Shown here: positions 23,346 through 32,035 of the stretch, in pieces
Numbering within the stretch: the first letter of the stretch is position 1
How the letters are laid out: the number at the start of each line of letters is the position of its first letter
Origin: Gemmatimonadota bacterium
Lineage (GTDB): Bacteria > Gemmatimonadota > Gemmatimonadetes > Gemmatimonadales > GWC2-71-9
DNA: 58,511 nucleotides
Direction of reading: 5' to 3'
Assembly: GCA_017889745.1 (NCBI GenBank)
Contig: JAGGAG010000001.1
Span: 1 to 58,511, forward strand
Position numbers and translations under genes: made by a program
Notes under the pieces: generated by a model
Databases searched by the model: none
Told to the model about the DNA's origin: nothing
What the model saw: only the letters and a program-made list of their open reading frames with translations

Positions 23346-24152
23346 ATGGCAGGCACCGAACCTGGAACAGGGAAGCGAGCGCGAGCAGCGATGGCCCAGC
23401 CGGCGGCAGTGAAGCCTACAGCAGACAAGACACCGAGCGTCCGGGCGGGAGCGCCTCGGGGCGCCGGGGCATGGTTCTGGGAATGGGCCAAGTCGATCGC
23501 CGTGGCGCTCGTCGTGTGGTTCTTCCTGCGCACTTTCCTGCTCGAGGCGTTCCGCATCCCGTCGGGCAGCATGGAGAACACGCTTCTGGTCGGCGATTTC
23601 CTGTTCGTGAACAAGCTGCTGTATGGAGCGGAGGTGCCGCTGGTCGGCAAGAAGCTTCCCGCCGTTCGCGAGCCTCGCCGCAACGAGATTCTCGTATTCG
23701 ACTCGGTGGAGGAACCGGGCCTCAAGGTGGTGAAGCGGCTCATCGGCGTGCCGGGCGACACGCTCGCGATGGAGAACGGCATACTGATCCGGAACGGGCA
23801 GCGCATCGACGAGCCCTATGCCGTGCACGCCAATCCGTCACTGCTGGCCGAACCCGACCAGCGTGATCACATGCGCGCCTGGCAGTCCAGCCACCTCGTC
23901 GGCCGCTCACCGGAAGGTTATCACCCGGACCTCCAGAACTGGGGCCCGATCGTGGTGCCCGCGGATTCCTTCTTCATGATGGGCGACAACCGGGACAGTT
24001 CGTACGACGGGCGCTACTGGGGCTTCCTGCCGCGGGCGAATGTGCGGGGCACGCCGATGTTCATCTACTACAGCTTCAACGGCAACAGCTGGCGTCCGCT
24101 GCCGTTCTTCTCCGACATCCGGTGGGGAAGGATCTTCAGCGTCCCGAAGTAG
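23346..24152 (+). CDS. lepB: signal peptidase I
   Basis: Has the SGSMENTL (Ser box), KRLIGVPGD (Lys box) and GDNRDSSYDGRYWGF motifs. Confidence 0.9.
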   Translation: MAGTEPGTGKRARAAMAQPAAVKPTADKTPSVRAGAPRGAGAWFWEWAKSIAVALVVWFFLRTFLLEAFRIPSGSMENTLLVGDFLFVNKLLYGAEVPLVGKKLPAVREPRRNEILVFDSVEEPGLKVVKRLIGVPGDTLAMENGILIRNGQRIDEPYAVHANPSLLAEPDQRDHMRAWQSSHLVGRSPEGYHPDLQNWGPIVVPADSFFMMGDNRDSSYDGRYWGFLPRANVRGTPMFIYYSFNGNSWRPLPFFSDIRWGRIFSVPK

Positions 24153-25317
24153 CCTTCCACCGGGCGGCGACGCCGCCGGCCGCGGCACCCGCAAGTGCCG
24201 ACAGGCCAAACGCCGCCGCAAATCCCCCCGTGTCCGCCAGGGCTCCGAGCACCGGTGGTCCCACGATCCTCGCCGCCGATCCGATACTCTGCAGCGTGCC
24301 CAGCACCCGGCCCTGGTCATTCGGCGGTGTCGACCGGGAAACGAATCCCGCCACGCAGGGCCCGACCAGGCTGAAGCCCGCGCTGAGCAGCGCCACGGCC
24401 AGGCCGATGGCGGCGACCCGGGCCGCACCCTCCAGCGACGCCGCAGCAAGTAGTGGCATGAGCGCGAGCCCGGCCGCCATGAGCCCGCCACCCCACGACA
24501 CGAGTCGCAGCTCGCCCAGCTTCGGCGCCAGTCGCCGCACCACGCGCCCCTGCACCAGCACACTGACGAGCCCGACGAGCGTGAACGCGTAGCTGATCCC
24601 CGCGCGGGTGAGCCCCAGCACCTCGATGCCGAACTGCTGGAAGATCACGTACATCGTCGTGAAGGCGAGCGTCGCCGCGAAGGTCACGACCAGGGCGGCC
24701 CGCGGCACCCGGATCGTGGCGCCCCAGTCCTGCGCGCGGCGCGCGCGGCTCTCGCGCAGCAGCAGCGAGGCCAGCAGGAAGTTGACCAGGCAGATGCTGG
24801 CCGCCAGGAGCCCGGGTGCGCCCTCGCCCAGCCGGCTGGCAAGACCGCCCAGGGCGGGCCCCACGGTGAACGCGAGGCCGAAGGCGGCACCGATGAGGCC
24901 CATCGCCCGGGAGCGTTGCTCCGGCGGCGTGGTATCCGCCAGAGCGGCCTGCGCCACGTTCACGGTGGCGCCAAGGCTGCCGGAAAGGATGCGTGCGAGG
25001 AAGAGAACCGCGAGGCTGCCGGCCATCCCGAAGACGGTGTAGGCGATGGCGCTGCCGGCGAGCCCGAGCAGGATGACGGGGCGACGGCCGATGCGGTCGC
25101 TGAGCCGGCCCCACTTCGGGGCCAGCAGGAAGGTAAGCAGCGAGTCGGTGGCCACCACGGCGCCAATGACCAGCCCGCTCGAGGTGAAGCGTGCGGCGGC
25201 AAGCGGCAGCTGGGGCACTACGATCCCGAACCCGACGAGGTCGAGGAAGACGGCGAGCACGACCGCCATGTTCGCGGACGGACGCGCCGCGAACGGCGTT
25301 TCAGGAGTGTGGAGCAC
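24136..25317 (-). CDS. MFS transporter
   Basis: 393 aa with about 12 TM segments and the MFS motif GRLSDRIGRRPV between TM2 and TM3. Converges on lepB with a 17-nt overlap. Confidence 0.85.
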   Translation of the reverse strand: MLHTPETPFAARPSANMAVVLAVFLDLVGFGIVVPQLPLAAARFTSSGLVIGAVVATDSLLTFLLAPKWGRLSDRIGRRPVILLGLAGSAIAYTVFGMAGSLAVLFLARILSGSLGATVNVAQAALADTTPPEQRSRAMGLIGAAFGLAFTVGPALGGLASRLGEGAPGLLAASICLVNFLLASLLLRESRARRAQDWGATIRVPRAALVVTFAATLAFTTMYVIFQQFGIEVLGLTRAGISYAFTLVGLVSVLVQGRVVRRLAPKLGELRLVSWGGGLMAAGLALMPLLAAASLEGAARVAAIGLAVALLSAGFSLVGPCVAGFVSRSTPPNDQGRVLGTLQSIGSAARIVGPPVLGALADTGGFAAAFGLSALAGAAAGGVAARWKATSGR

Positions 25318-25373
25318 GCGAGCTTCTACCCGGGAGGCAGATGCGCGCCGCCCGGGCAGCTGCGATCAAGAGG

Positions 25374-25631
25374 CTACAGCACGGGGCGCGGTGCTTCGGG
25401 AAGCGAATCCCGGCTCAGGACGCGATCGATGTAGACCGCGGTCCGGCCGCATTCACCACACATCAGCGTAACGCGGCCGGAGGGGATCGCGGGATCCCCT
25501 GGTCGACGTGGCGTGCGCTGGACGGATGTAGTCTGGCATGTCGGGCAGACGAGCGGCTGCAACTCGCGATCAGCTGAAATGAGCAGCAGCGCTTCTGGCG
25601 CCCGGTATTCCTTGATTCCCCTGCGACCCAC
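25374..25631 (-). CDS. small zinc-ribbon protein (CxxC...CxxC)
   Basis: GTG 25631 lies 6 nt after the SD GGAGGG. The sequence contains CPTC ... CGEC. The upstream part of track ORF (to 25760) has poor composition. Confidence 0.45.
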   Translation of the reverse strand: MGRRGIKEYRAPEALLLISADRELQPLVCPTCQTTSVQRTPRRPGDPAIPSGRVTLMCGECGRTAVYIDRVLSRDSLPEAPRPVL

Positions 25632-25767
25632 GGAAGGCCCTCCAACAGCGTGGTGACAGTGTCTATCGCTGCGCCGCGCGGGCACAAATGTACCCGTTTG
25701 TTCACTGTTCGCTACCCGTGACGCGCGTCCAGTCATGACAGTAACACGACACTTACGCAACGCTATC

Positions 25768-25807
25768 GTAGCACTAACTTATGTGTTGTAGTAGTAATTA
25801 GTGCTAC
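25768..25807. promoter_or_regulatory. perfect 10-bp inverted repeat GTAGCACTAA-N20-TTAGTGCTAC in an AT-rich divergent intergenic region
   Basis: Read directly from the sequence. It sits in the AT-richest part of the 25632-25933 spacer between two divergent small genes. It is followed by the palindrome CTGCCGTAACGGCAG (25813-25827) and the hairpin CCGACAC-TGTC-GTGTCGG (25878-25895). Confidence 0.5.
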
Positions 25808-25933
25808 TATACCTGCCGTAACGGCAGGTGCTCCGATGCTTGACGCAGAATACGGGTCGTGATACGTTGCCGCCCAACCGACACTGTCGTGTCGGCGTAT
25901 CTCTCCCAGCGCTTTCGTGGCGCGGAGGTGCAT

Positions 25934-26326
25934 GTGGCAACAGAGCTTGGCGGGTCGCAGATCACCACCCTGATGGAGACACTCCCGGGCATCGCAAACG
26001 TGCTCCGGAGCCCTGTGGCGGACGCGATCATCAACATGATTCGCGCCGGGGTCCGCCTGCGCGACTTCCAGTATGCCGACGCGGACGAACTGGTGAAGTA
26101 CGCGATTCGCCGGAACCTGCTCGGCAACGATGAAGGTGAGCGGGTGCTCGCGGAGGCGAAGGCGGCCGAGCAGAAGCGGATCGACAAGGCCGCCGAACGG
26201 GCCCAGCACAAGGCGCACCCACCCAAGAAGGTGGCCAAGCCCAAGACCGTCGCGAAGGCCAAGGCCACCAGGAACGTAAAGGCGGTCAAGCCGGCCAAGA
26301 AGGCGAAGCCCGCCAAGAAGCGCTGA
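25934..26326 (+). CDS. hypothetical protein with histone H1-like Lys/Ala/Pro-rich C-terminal tail
   Basis: GTG 25934 lies 5 nt after the SD GGAGG. The globular N-terminal ~85 aa are followed by PPKKVAKPKTVAKAKATRNVKAVKPAKKAKPAKKR. Confidence 0.6.
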   Translation: MATELGGSQITTLMETLPGIANVLRSPVADAIINMIRAGVRLRDFQYADADELVKYAIRRNLLGNDEGERVLAEAKAAEQKRIDKAAERAQHKAHPPKKVAKPKTVAKAKATRNVKAVKPAKKAKPAKKR

Positions 26327-26347
26327 ACCCGCCCGTCGAAACCCGCC

Positions 26348-28039
26348 CTACACCCGAAATTCGGTGACCAGGGCGGCCAGGCGATTCGATGCCTGGAGCA
26401 GTTCCGCCGCCGCCGCCGCCATCTCCTCAGTCGAAGCGCTCTGCTCTTCCGCCGCGGCGGTCACCTCTTCGCTGGCGGAAGCATTTTCGTTGGCCGCCGA
26501 GCCCGCTTCCGCCGTCCGCTCGCCCAGCGACGCCACCGTTTCCTCGTTTCGCGCCGCCTCGCGGGCGACGTCCTCGGCGGCCGTGCGCACGCCCTCCACC
26601 GCGGCCACGATTTCCTCGAGCGCATGAGCCGCGGCACCGGCCACCGACTCCACGCCCGATACCTTGGCTGAGCCGGCGTCCATCGTGGCGGCGACCTCCG
26701 CCATCTGCTGCTGGATCTGGGACACGGTGCGGGCGACCTCCTCGGCGGCCTGCGCGCTCGAGTCGGCGAGACGGCGCACCTCCTCGGCGACCACCGCGAA
26801 CCCGCGCCCATGCTCCCCGGCCCGGGCCGCCTCGATCGCGGCATTGAGCGCGAGGAGGTTGGTCTGGGACGAGATCTGCTTGATCAGCTCAATGAAGTCC
26901 GAGATTGCCCGCGAGGTCCGGGCGAGCGCCTGCACCTGCCCGGTCGACGTGCGCACCACTTCCCGCACGTCGAGGAGCGCGCGCCCGGCGCCCGACACGT
27001 CGCCTCGATGATACTCGGCGAGCCGGCGGATCTTCTCGCCGACATCGACCACGCGCCGCGCGGCGGCGGTGTTGCCCACGGCCGTCTCGCGCAGCGACAC
27101 GAGCAGCGTGTCGGCGGCGCGCATGCCGCTGGCCTGGCGTTCGGCGCTGTCGGCCACGCGCACCATGGCGGTCGAGATCTCGCCGCTGGTGGCGGCGAGC
27201 TCCTCGCTCATCGCAGAAAAGTCGCTCGCGTTGGCGCTGATGGACCTCGCCTCGCCGATCACCGACTCCACCAGCCCGCGGAGCCGTGTGCGCATCCGGT
27301 CGAGCGCGTGCGCCAGTCGTCCCAGCTCGGTCGGCATCTCGCCCAGGTCGAGGGGACGGAGGTCGCCGGCACCGAAGCGGTCGGCGGCGCCGACGAGCTT
27401 CTTGAGCGGCAGGTCGATCGCGCGCACCACCACGACGACGGTGCCGAGCCCGAAGGCGAGGGCGCCGCTGAACAGGAGCCACAGGATGGTGCGTCGCTGC
27501 TGCGTCTCCTGCTGGAGCGCCTGCTGCCCGCGGAGCGCGGACTGCGACTGCGAATCGGAGAGCCGCTGCACGTCCTCGGCGAGCGTCGTGGCCGGCGCAC
27601 GCGCCTGCTCCGCCGCCGCCCGCGCCTCGTCGGGCCGCCCGAGGTCGGTGAGCGCGAACGCCCGCCCGTAGGCCACCTCGATGCGCGCCTGCACGTCCGC
27701 GATGCGGTTGAGGACGATCCGGTCGGTGTTGCCGAGCGATGTCAGCTGCTGGTAGCGGTGCTGATAGCCGTACGCCGAGTCGCCGTGCGAAAGGAAGGCG
27801 GTGCGCAGCGAGTCGGAGGGGCGCGTGAGGTACTGTTCCGCCGCGCGGATTTGGCTGTTCGACGTGGAGACCAGCCCGGCGCCGACCTGGGCGATCTCCA
27901 GCATCGAGGCGAGCTGCCCGCTCACCAGCTTGTCCAGCGCGCCGATCGTGTTCACCGCGAGCATGGCGAGGGCCAGCACGAGGACGAGGAGCAGCCCCAT
28001 TCCGGAGAGCACGCGGCTGCGCAGACTGCCGAGCATCAC
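26348..28039 (-). CDS. methyl-accepting chemotaxis protein
   Basis: N-terminal TM, a ~170-aa periplasmic domain, a second TM, HAMP, and the highly conserved signalling hairpin ([37 protein letters not shown]). Confidence 0.9.
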   Translation of the reverse strand: MMLGSLRSRVLSGMGLLLVLVLALAMLAVNTIGALDKLVSGQLASMLEIAQVGAGLVSTSNSQIRAAEQYLTRPSDSLRTAFLSHGDSAYGYQHRYQQLTSLGNTDRIVLNRIADVQARIEVAYGRAFALTDLGRPDEARAAAEQARAPATTLAEDVQRLSDSQSQSALRGQQALQQETQQRRTILWLLFSGALAFGLGTVVVVVRAIDLPLKKLVGAADRFGAGDLRPLDLGEMPTELGRLAHALDRMRTRLRGLVESVIGEARSISANASDFSAMSEELAATSGEISTAMVRVADSAERQASGMRAADTLLVSLRETAVGNTAAARRVVDVGEKIRRLAEYHRGDVSGAGRALLDVREVVRTSTGQVQALARTSRAISDFIELIKQISSQTNLLALNAAIEAARAGEHGRGFAVVAEEVRRLADSSAQAAEEVARTVSQIQQQMAEVAATMDAGSAKVSGVESVAGAAAHALEEIVAAVEGVRTAAEDVAREAARNEETVASLGERTAEAGSAANENASASEEVTAAAEEQSASTEEMAAAAAELLQASNRLAALVTEFRV

Positions 28040-29175
28040 AGCCCCCCGGCGAGCAGCACGGCGCCGTTGCGCACCACGGTGATGTAGACCTGCTTGTCGG
28101 CCACGTCACCCAGGGAATCGAAGGCGATCCTCCCGGTGGCTCCCTCGAACGGGGCCGCACCATGGCCCACCCGGTCCATCGCCCGACGCACGCTCTCGCG
28201 GTTCGGGCCACCTTCCTCTATCACGCGGGCCAGCAGATTCACCGCATCGTACGTGGCGGCGGCGGGCTGGTTCGGTACCGGCGCGTCGGGATACTTCTGG
28301 GCATAGGCAGCGACGAACTTCCGGTTGGCCGAGGTGTTGAGGCTCGGGTGATACGCCGCGCTCACGTACGTGCCCTCCGCGAGCTGGCCGGCCTCCTCGA
28401 TACCCTCGAGGCCGTCCCCGCCGAGCATCGGCACCTCGAGCTTGAGTCCACGCGCGCCCCGCAGGATCGACTCGGCGTCGGGCCGGTTGCCGGCGACGAA
28501 GAGGAACTGCGGGCGCTGCAGCCTGGCCAGCCGCTCGAGTTGCGGCTCGACGTCGGGCGTGGTGCCCAGGTAGGGCTCCATGCCGACGAGCCGCCCGCCG
28601 CGGTCCTTGAGGTTCGCGGCGAACGCCTGCCGGATGCCACGGCCGTAGTCGTCATCCAGGTAGAAGACGCCGCCCTGCTTGAGCTGGAGACGGTCCGTGA
28701 CCCACCGCGCGAGCGCCGCGCCGTGCGCGAGGTCGCTGGGACACATCCTGAAGATGTAGGGGCCCGCGCCGCTGACCTCGGGTGCCGAGGAGGAGGGGGT
28801 AACGGCGACGAGCGGCCGCGAGCCTCCGTTGTAGATCGCGGCGGCCGCGAGGGTGGTGCCGGAGAAAAGGTGCCCGACGACCGCGACCGCCTCGGATGAG
28901 TACAATTCCCCGGCGACCCGGACGGCAGAGTCGGGGTTGGCGAAATCGTCGCGCTCGATGAGGGCGAGTGGCCGCCCGCGCACGCCGCCACGCGCGTTGA
29001 TTTCCTCGACGGCGAGCCGGGCGGCGCGCCGCATCGGTTCGCCGATGGGATCCGAGAGGGCGCCGGTGACGCCGATATAGATGGGGCGTTCAGTGCGGCT
29101 GCAGCCGGCGAGCCAGCCGGACAGCAGCAGGGCCAGCACCGGCACCGCGCGCTTGACGTGCGGTAGAATGACCAT
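28036..29175 (-). CDS. type I periplasmic binding protein lipoprotein (LivJ/branched-chain amino acid-binding-like)
   Basis: Lipobox LAGCS. Has the Peripla_BP_6-like pattern ([14 protein letters not shown]..., [19 protein letters not shown]...). Its stop overlaps the MCP start (GTGATG). Confidence 0.8.
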   Translation of the reverse strand: MVILPHVKRAVPVLALLLSGWLAGCSRTERPIYIGVTGALSDPIGEPMRRAARLAVEEINARGGVRGRPLALIERDDFANPDSAVRVAGELYSSEAVAVVGHLFSGTTLAAAAIYNGGSRPLVAVTPSSSAPEVSGAGPYIFRMCPSDLAHGAALARWVTDRLQLKQGGVFYLDDDYGRGIRQAFAANLKDRGGRLVGMEPYLGTTPDVEPQLERLARLQRPQFLFVAGNRPDAESILRGARGLKLEVPMLGGDGLEGIEEAGQLAEGTYVSAAYHPSLNTSANRKFVAAYAQKYPDAPVPNQPAAATYDAVNLLARVIEEGGPNRESVRRAMDRVGHGAAPFEGATGRIAFDSLGDVADKQVYITVVRNGAVLLAGGL

Positions 29176-29206
29176 TGAGCGGGGAGGCTACTCCCCGGTC
29201 CACCGA

Positions 29207-29482
29207 ATGGCAATACCCGCACCTGCCGCTGTCTTCGACTTGCACGGCCTGACCGTACTGGACGCTGCCACCAGCGCCGAGCGCTTCCTGCGCGCCCAGC
29301 GCAAAGCCCGCCCCGGTGCCACGGTGCGGCTCATCACCGGCCGGGGCCGGTCGGGCGGGGGCGCGCCAGTGCGCACGCGCGTGCGCACGCTGCTTCGCAC
29401 CCTCGAGGCGCAGGGCAGCGTGGTGAGGAGCTTCGAGCTGGAGGACAGCGAGGGAAGTTTCCTGGTGAGACTCGCCGGCTAA
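29207..29482 (+). CDS. Smr-domain protein
   Basis: Has DLHGLTV...ITGRGRSG..., the canonical Smr (MutS2 C-terminal-like) motifs. ATG 29168 is an alternative start. Confidence 0.65.
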   Translation: MAIPAPAAVFDLHGLTVLDAATSAERFLRAQRKARPGATVRLITGRGRSGGGAPVRTRVRTLLRTLEAQGSVVRSFELEDSEGSFLVRLAG

Positions 29483-30114
29483 CGCGCCGGCGAGGCCTCG
29501 ATCCCCTGCACCACCGATGTGTCAGCGGCGGGCTTGATGGCCGGGGCCTTTTTGGCGGTCGCCGCCTTCTTCGCCGGCGCGGGTGCCTTCTGCGGCGTGC
29601 CGCGGCGGGCGGTCCAGGCGTCGAGCACGTTGCCGTCGATGAGTGCCACGGAGGTGGCCTTGGCCCCCTGCTGTGCGCGCCACGTCAGCCGGATCATCGT
29701 ACCCTTCCGCACCCACTGCATCATCCACTGGGAATTCTGCGCCTTCGCGTTGACGCGGCCGTAGCGCCGTTCGAGTGAGCTGCGCAACTGGTCCAGCTCG
29801 TCGGGCGCGAGGTTGCCCGCAATGGTAAGCACACTGGTGACGCTGTCGACCGCTGACATCCAGAGCTCGAGCGGTTCGGCGGCCTCGGGCACGCTCACCG
29901 TGGCGCGGCATTCCTCCACCCGGGTATCGACCTTCGAGCGGTCACAACGAAGGTTGCCGCCATCCCGATCGGCGATGGTTTCCGCCACGACGCGCACCGG
30001 CGCACCCGCCCTGATGCCGAACACCATCAGCGGGTCGGTGGCCGGGGCCGCCTGCGCCGCGAGGGGCGCTGGCACGAGCACGAGCAGGAAGAGCCTGAGA
30101 GCTGTACGGATCAC
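29479..30114 (-). CDS. secreted hypothetical protein with Lys/Ala/Pro-rich C-terminal tail
   Basis: Signal peptide LLVLVPAPLAAQA. The C-terminal tail is PQKAPAPAKKAATAKKAPAIKPAAD. Confidence 0.55.
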   Translation of the reverse strand: MIRTALRLFLLVLVPAPLAAQAAPATDPLMVFGIRAGAPVRVVAETIADRDGGNLRCDRSKVDTRVEECRATVSVPEAAEPLELWMSAVDSVTSVLTIAGNLAPDELDQLRSSLERRYGRVNAKAQNSQWMMQWVRKGTMIRLTWRAQQGAKATSVALIDGNVLDAWTARRGTPQKAPAPAKKAATAKKAPAIKPAADTSVVQGIEASPAR

Positions 30115-30223
30115 GCGTTACCCCGGCAGGACAGGATACGTCCAGTTGCGTGCAAGGAATGCGCCCCGGCCGGGGCGGGAGGTGCGCCGGTGACCCGGTA
30201 CCCCGGGTCACCGGTCTGAATGC

Positions 30224-30424
30224 TCATGCCCTGCGGACGTTGGCCGCCTGAAGCCCCTTGGGGCCCTCCACGACCTCGAACTCCACCGGATCGCCCTCGG
30301 CGAGCGAGCGGAAGCCGTCCATCTGGATGGCAGTGTGATGAACGAACACGTCCTTCCCACCGTCCTGCGCTATGAACCCGAATCCCTTCGCATCATTGAA
30401 CCACTTCACCTTGCCCGTCGCCAT
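30224..30424 (-). CDS. cspA: cold-shock protein (CspA family)
   Basis: 66 aa, [33 protein letters not shown]..., with the RNP1/RNP2 motifs. The rest of track ORF 30224..30928 is an upstream non-coding extension. Confidence 0.95.
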   Translation of the reverse strand: MATGKVKWFNDAKGFGFIAQDGGKDVFVHHTAIQMDGFRSLAEGDPVEFEVVEGPKGLQAANVRRA

Positions 30425-30604
30425 CGGAATGGCCTCATCTTGGGGAGCGTACAGCTCCGGTCCGGCGGCCGGTCGGAATGGCCGGCCCCAAAATGGAAGC
30501 GCGCCGATCAGGGCGGGGTGCCCGTCGGCGCGGCTGGAAGCCAAGGACCTGTCGAGGCATGCCACTGCATATCCTAAGCTTCCGGCTGCCATGGCATTTG
30601 TCAA
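30425..30604 (-). promoter_or_regulatory. long csp leader with a TTGACA -35-like box
   Basis: About 180 nt lie between the upstream terminator hairpin and the csp ATG. TTGACA (minus strand, 30604-30599) follows the hairpin directly. No clean -10 box occurs at 17-nt spacing. Long structured 5' UTRs are typical of cspA-type genes. Confidence 0.35.
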
Positions 30605-30605
30605 T

Positions 30606-30634
30606 GCAGCCGGGCGGGGTACCCGCCCGGCTGC
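30606..30634 (-). terminator. 13-bp GC-rich hairpin after the aminotransferase gene
   Basis: GCAGCCGGGCGGG-GTA-CCCGCCCGGCTGC, 17 nt downstream of the stop at 30652 on the minus strand. Confidence 0.6.
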
Positions 30635-30651
30635 AAATCGCTGCACCAGCG

Positions 30652-31929
30652 TCAGGTAATCCCGGTCCGGATCGCGGTGGACACCCGGGTGGTGAAGGTG
30701 TCGATCTCGGCCGGCGTCGTGTACACGTTGGGCGTGATCCGGAGCCCGCTGAACTGGGGATGGACGATGAGCGTGGTGACGATGCGGTGCTGGTTCAGGA
30801 GCCATGCCTGCAGCCGGGCGGGGTCGAGGCCCGCGATGCTGACGAACCCGATGGCCGCGCTGTCGGGTGAATTGAGGGGGGTCAGCACCTTCACGCGATC
30901 GCTCTGCGCGAGGAGCGGCATGGCCCATCGATCACGCAGGTAGCGCAGGCGGGCCACCTTGCGATCGGCTCCGATCGCCTGGTGAAAGGTGAGCGCCACG
31001 CTGATCGCGTTGTGGTTCGCAGCCGGGTGGGTGCCGATCTCCTCGTACTTCCGGATGTTGGCGTTCATGTCGGCGGGTGCGGCCATCATCGGCCAGAGGC
31101 CGGGGATCTGGTTGCGCCGCACGGAGAGGAACCCGGTGCCGATCGGCGCCAGCAGCCACTTGTGCAGGCTGGTGCCGTAGTAGTCGCAGTCGAGGGCGTC
31201 GCGGTCGAACGGGAAGTGTGCGAAGGCGTGGGCGCCGTCCACGAACACCGCGATGCCTTTGGGCCGCGCCATCGCAATGATGTCGCGCACCGGCAGGATC
31301 TGCCCCGTGAGGTTGGTGATGTGCGGGAGTTCGATGACACGCGTGCGCGGGGTCACGGCCTCCGCGAAGCGGTCTACCATGTACTGGTGCGACGGGGGAG
31401 GCACCTCGAAGGAGATCGTCCTGATCACGATGCCGTCGCGGCGCGCGCGCTGGTCCCAGGTGGTGAGCATCCGGCCATAGTTCTGGTCGGTGACGATGAC
31501 CTCGTCGCCCCGGCGCATGTCGAGGCCGAGGATCATGATCTCGTTGGCCTCGGAGGCATTGCGGGTAATCGCCATTTCCTCCGCGTCACAGCCGAACTCT
31601 CCCGCCAGGCTGGTCCGCACCGACTCGACCCTTGGCTCGAGCGTGCGCCACATGTTCTCCACCGGCAGCTCATTCGAGAAGCGGAGGTCGCGTATCATCT
31701 GGTCCAGCACCACCGTCGGTGACGGGCACACACCCCCGTTGTTGAGGTTGATCATGGTGCGGTCGCAATCAAAGGCGCGCTGGATCACTGCCCAATAGTC
31801 CTCATCGTCTGGCGCGCCGCCGGTGGGCCCGGAGGCGTGAGCCTGCGCCAGGTAGCGGATCGCCTTGGGCGAGAATGCCGGGGCGGCGACGGCGAGAGAA
31901 CTGACGAAGGTGCGGCGGTCGACCATCAT
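30652..31929 (-). CDS. Tat-exported class V aminotransferase-fold PLP enzyme (isopenicillin-N epimerase-like)
   Basis: ATG 31929/31926 gives [19 protein letters not shown], a twin-arginine signal. The body is class V (cysteine desulfurase/epimerase-like) with [15 protein letters not shown], where K is the likely PLP lysine. The upstream 156 codons of the track ORF are shadow. Confidence 0.8.
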   Translation of the reverse strand: MMVDRRTFVSSLAVAAPAFSPKAIRYLAQAHASGPTGGAPDDEDYWAVIQRAFDCDRTMINLNNGGVCPSPTVVLDQMIRDLRFSNELPVENMWRTLEPRVESVRTSLAGEFGCDAEEMAITRNASEANEIMILGLDMRRGDEVIVTDQNYGRMLTTWDQRARRDGIVIRTISFEVPPPSHQYMVDRFAEAVTPRTRVIELPHITNLTGQILPVRDIIAMARPKGIAVFVDGAHAFAHFPFDRDALDCDYYGTSLHKWLLAPIGTGFLSVRRNQIPGLWPMMAAPADMNANIRKYEEIGTHPAANHNAISVALTFHQAIGADRKVARLRYLRDRWAMPLLAQSDRVKVLTPLNSPDSAAIGFVSIAGLDPARLQAWLLNQHRIVTTLIVHPQFSGLRITPNVYTTPAEIDTFTTRVSTAIRTGIT

Positions 31930-32035
31930 GGACTCGGTGACGAGGTAGATTGGATAATGCGGGGCCGGCGCCCGAACGGCCAGCGCCAGCCCACGATTCC
32001 CGCGTCCGTGCCGACCAACCCGGTTCCGCCATCCC

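Noticed and set aside
25650-25726. Possible degenerate GTGAACG-family copy (…GCGTGGTGACAGTG… / …CGTTTGTTCACTGTTCGC…). A similar half-site occurs at 36505-36535 (TTCACCGTTCATGCTGTCGCCGGTTCAC).
   Set aside because: Only partial unit matches, and the arms pair poorly (6-7 bp). This cannot be told apart from chance without a genome-wide consensus.
30425-30928. Upstream 168 codons of track ORF 30224..30928, and the upstream parts of 44017..45969, 30652..32397, 7286..8716, 8383..9615, 9578..11473 and 19027..21237.
   Set aside because: In each case a conserved protein begins at an internal start with an SD or a stop/start overlap. The upstream extension overlaps a neighbouring gene or a non-coding leader.
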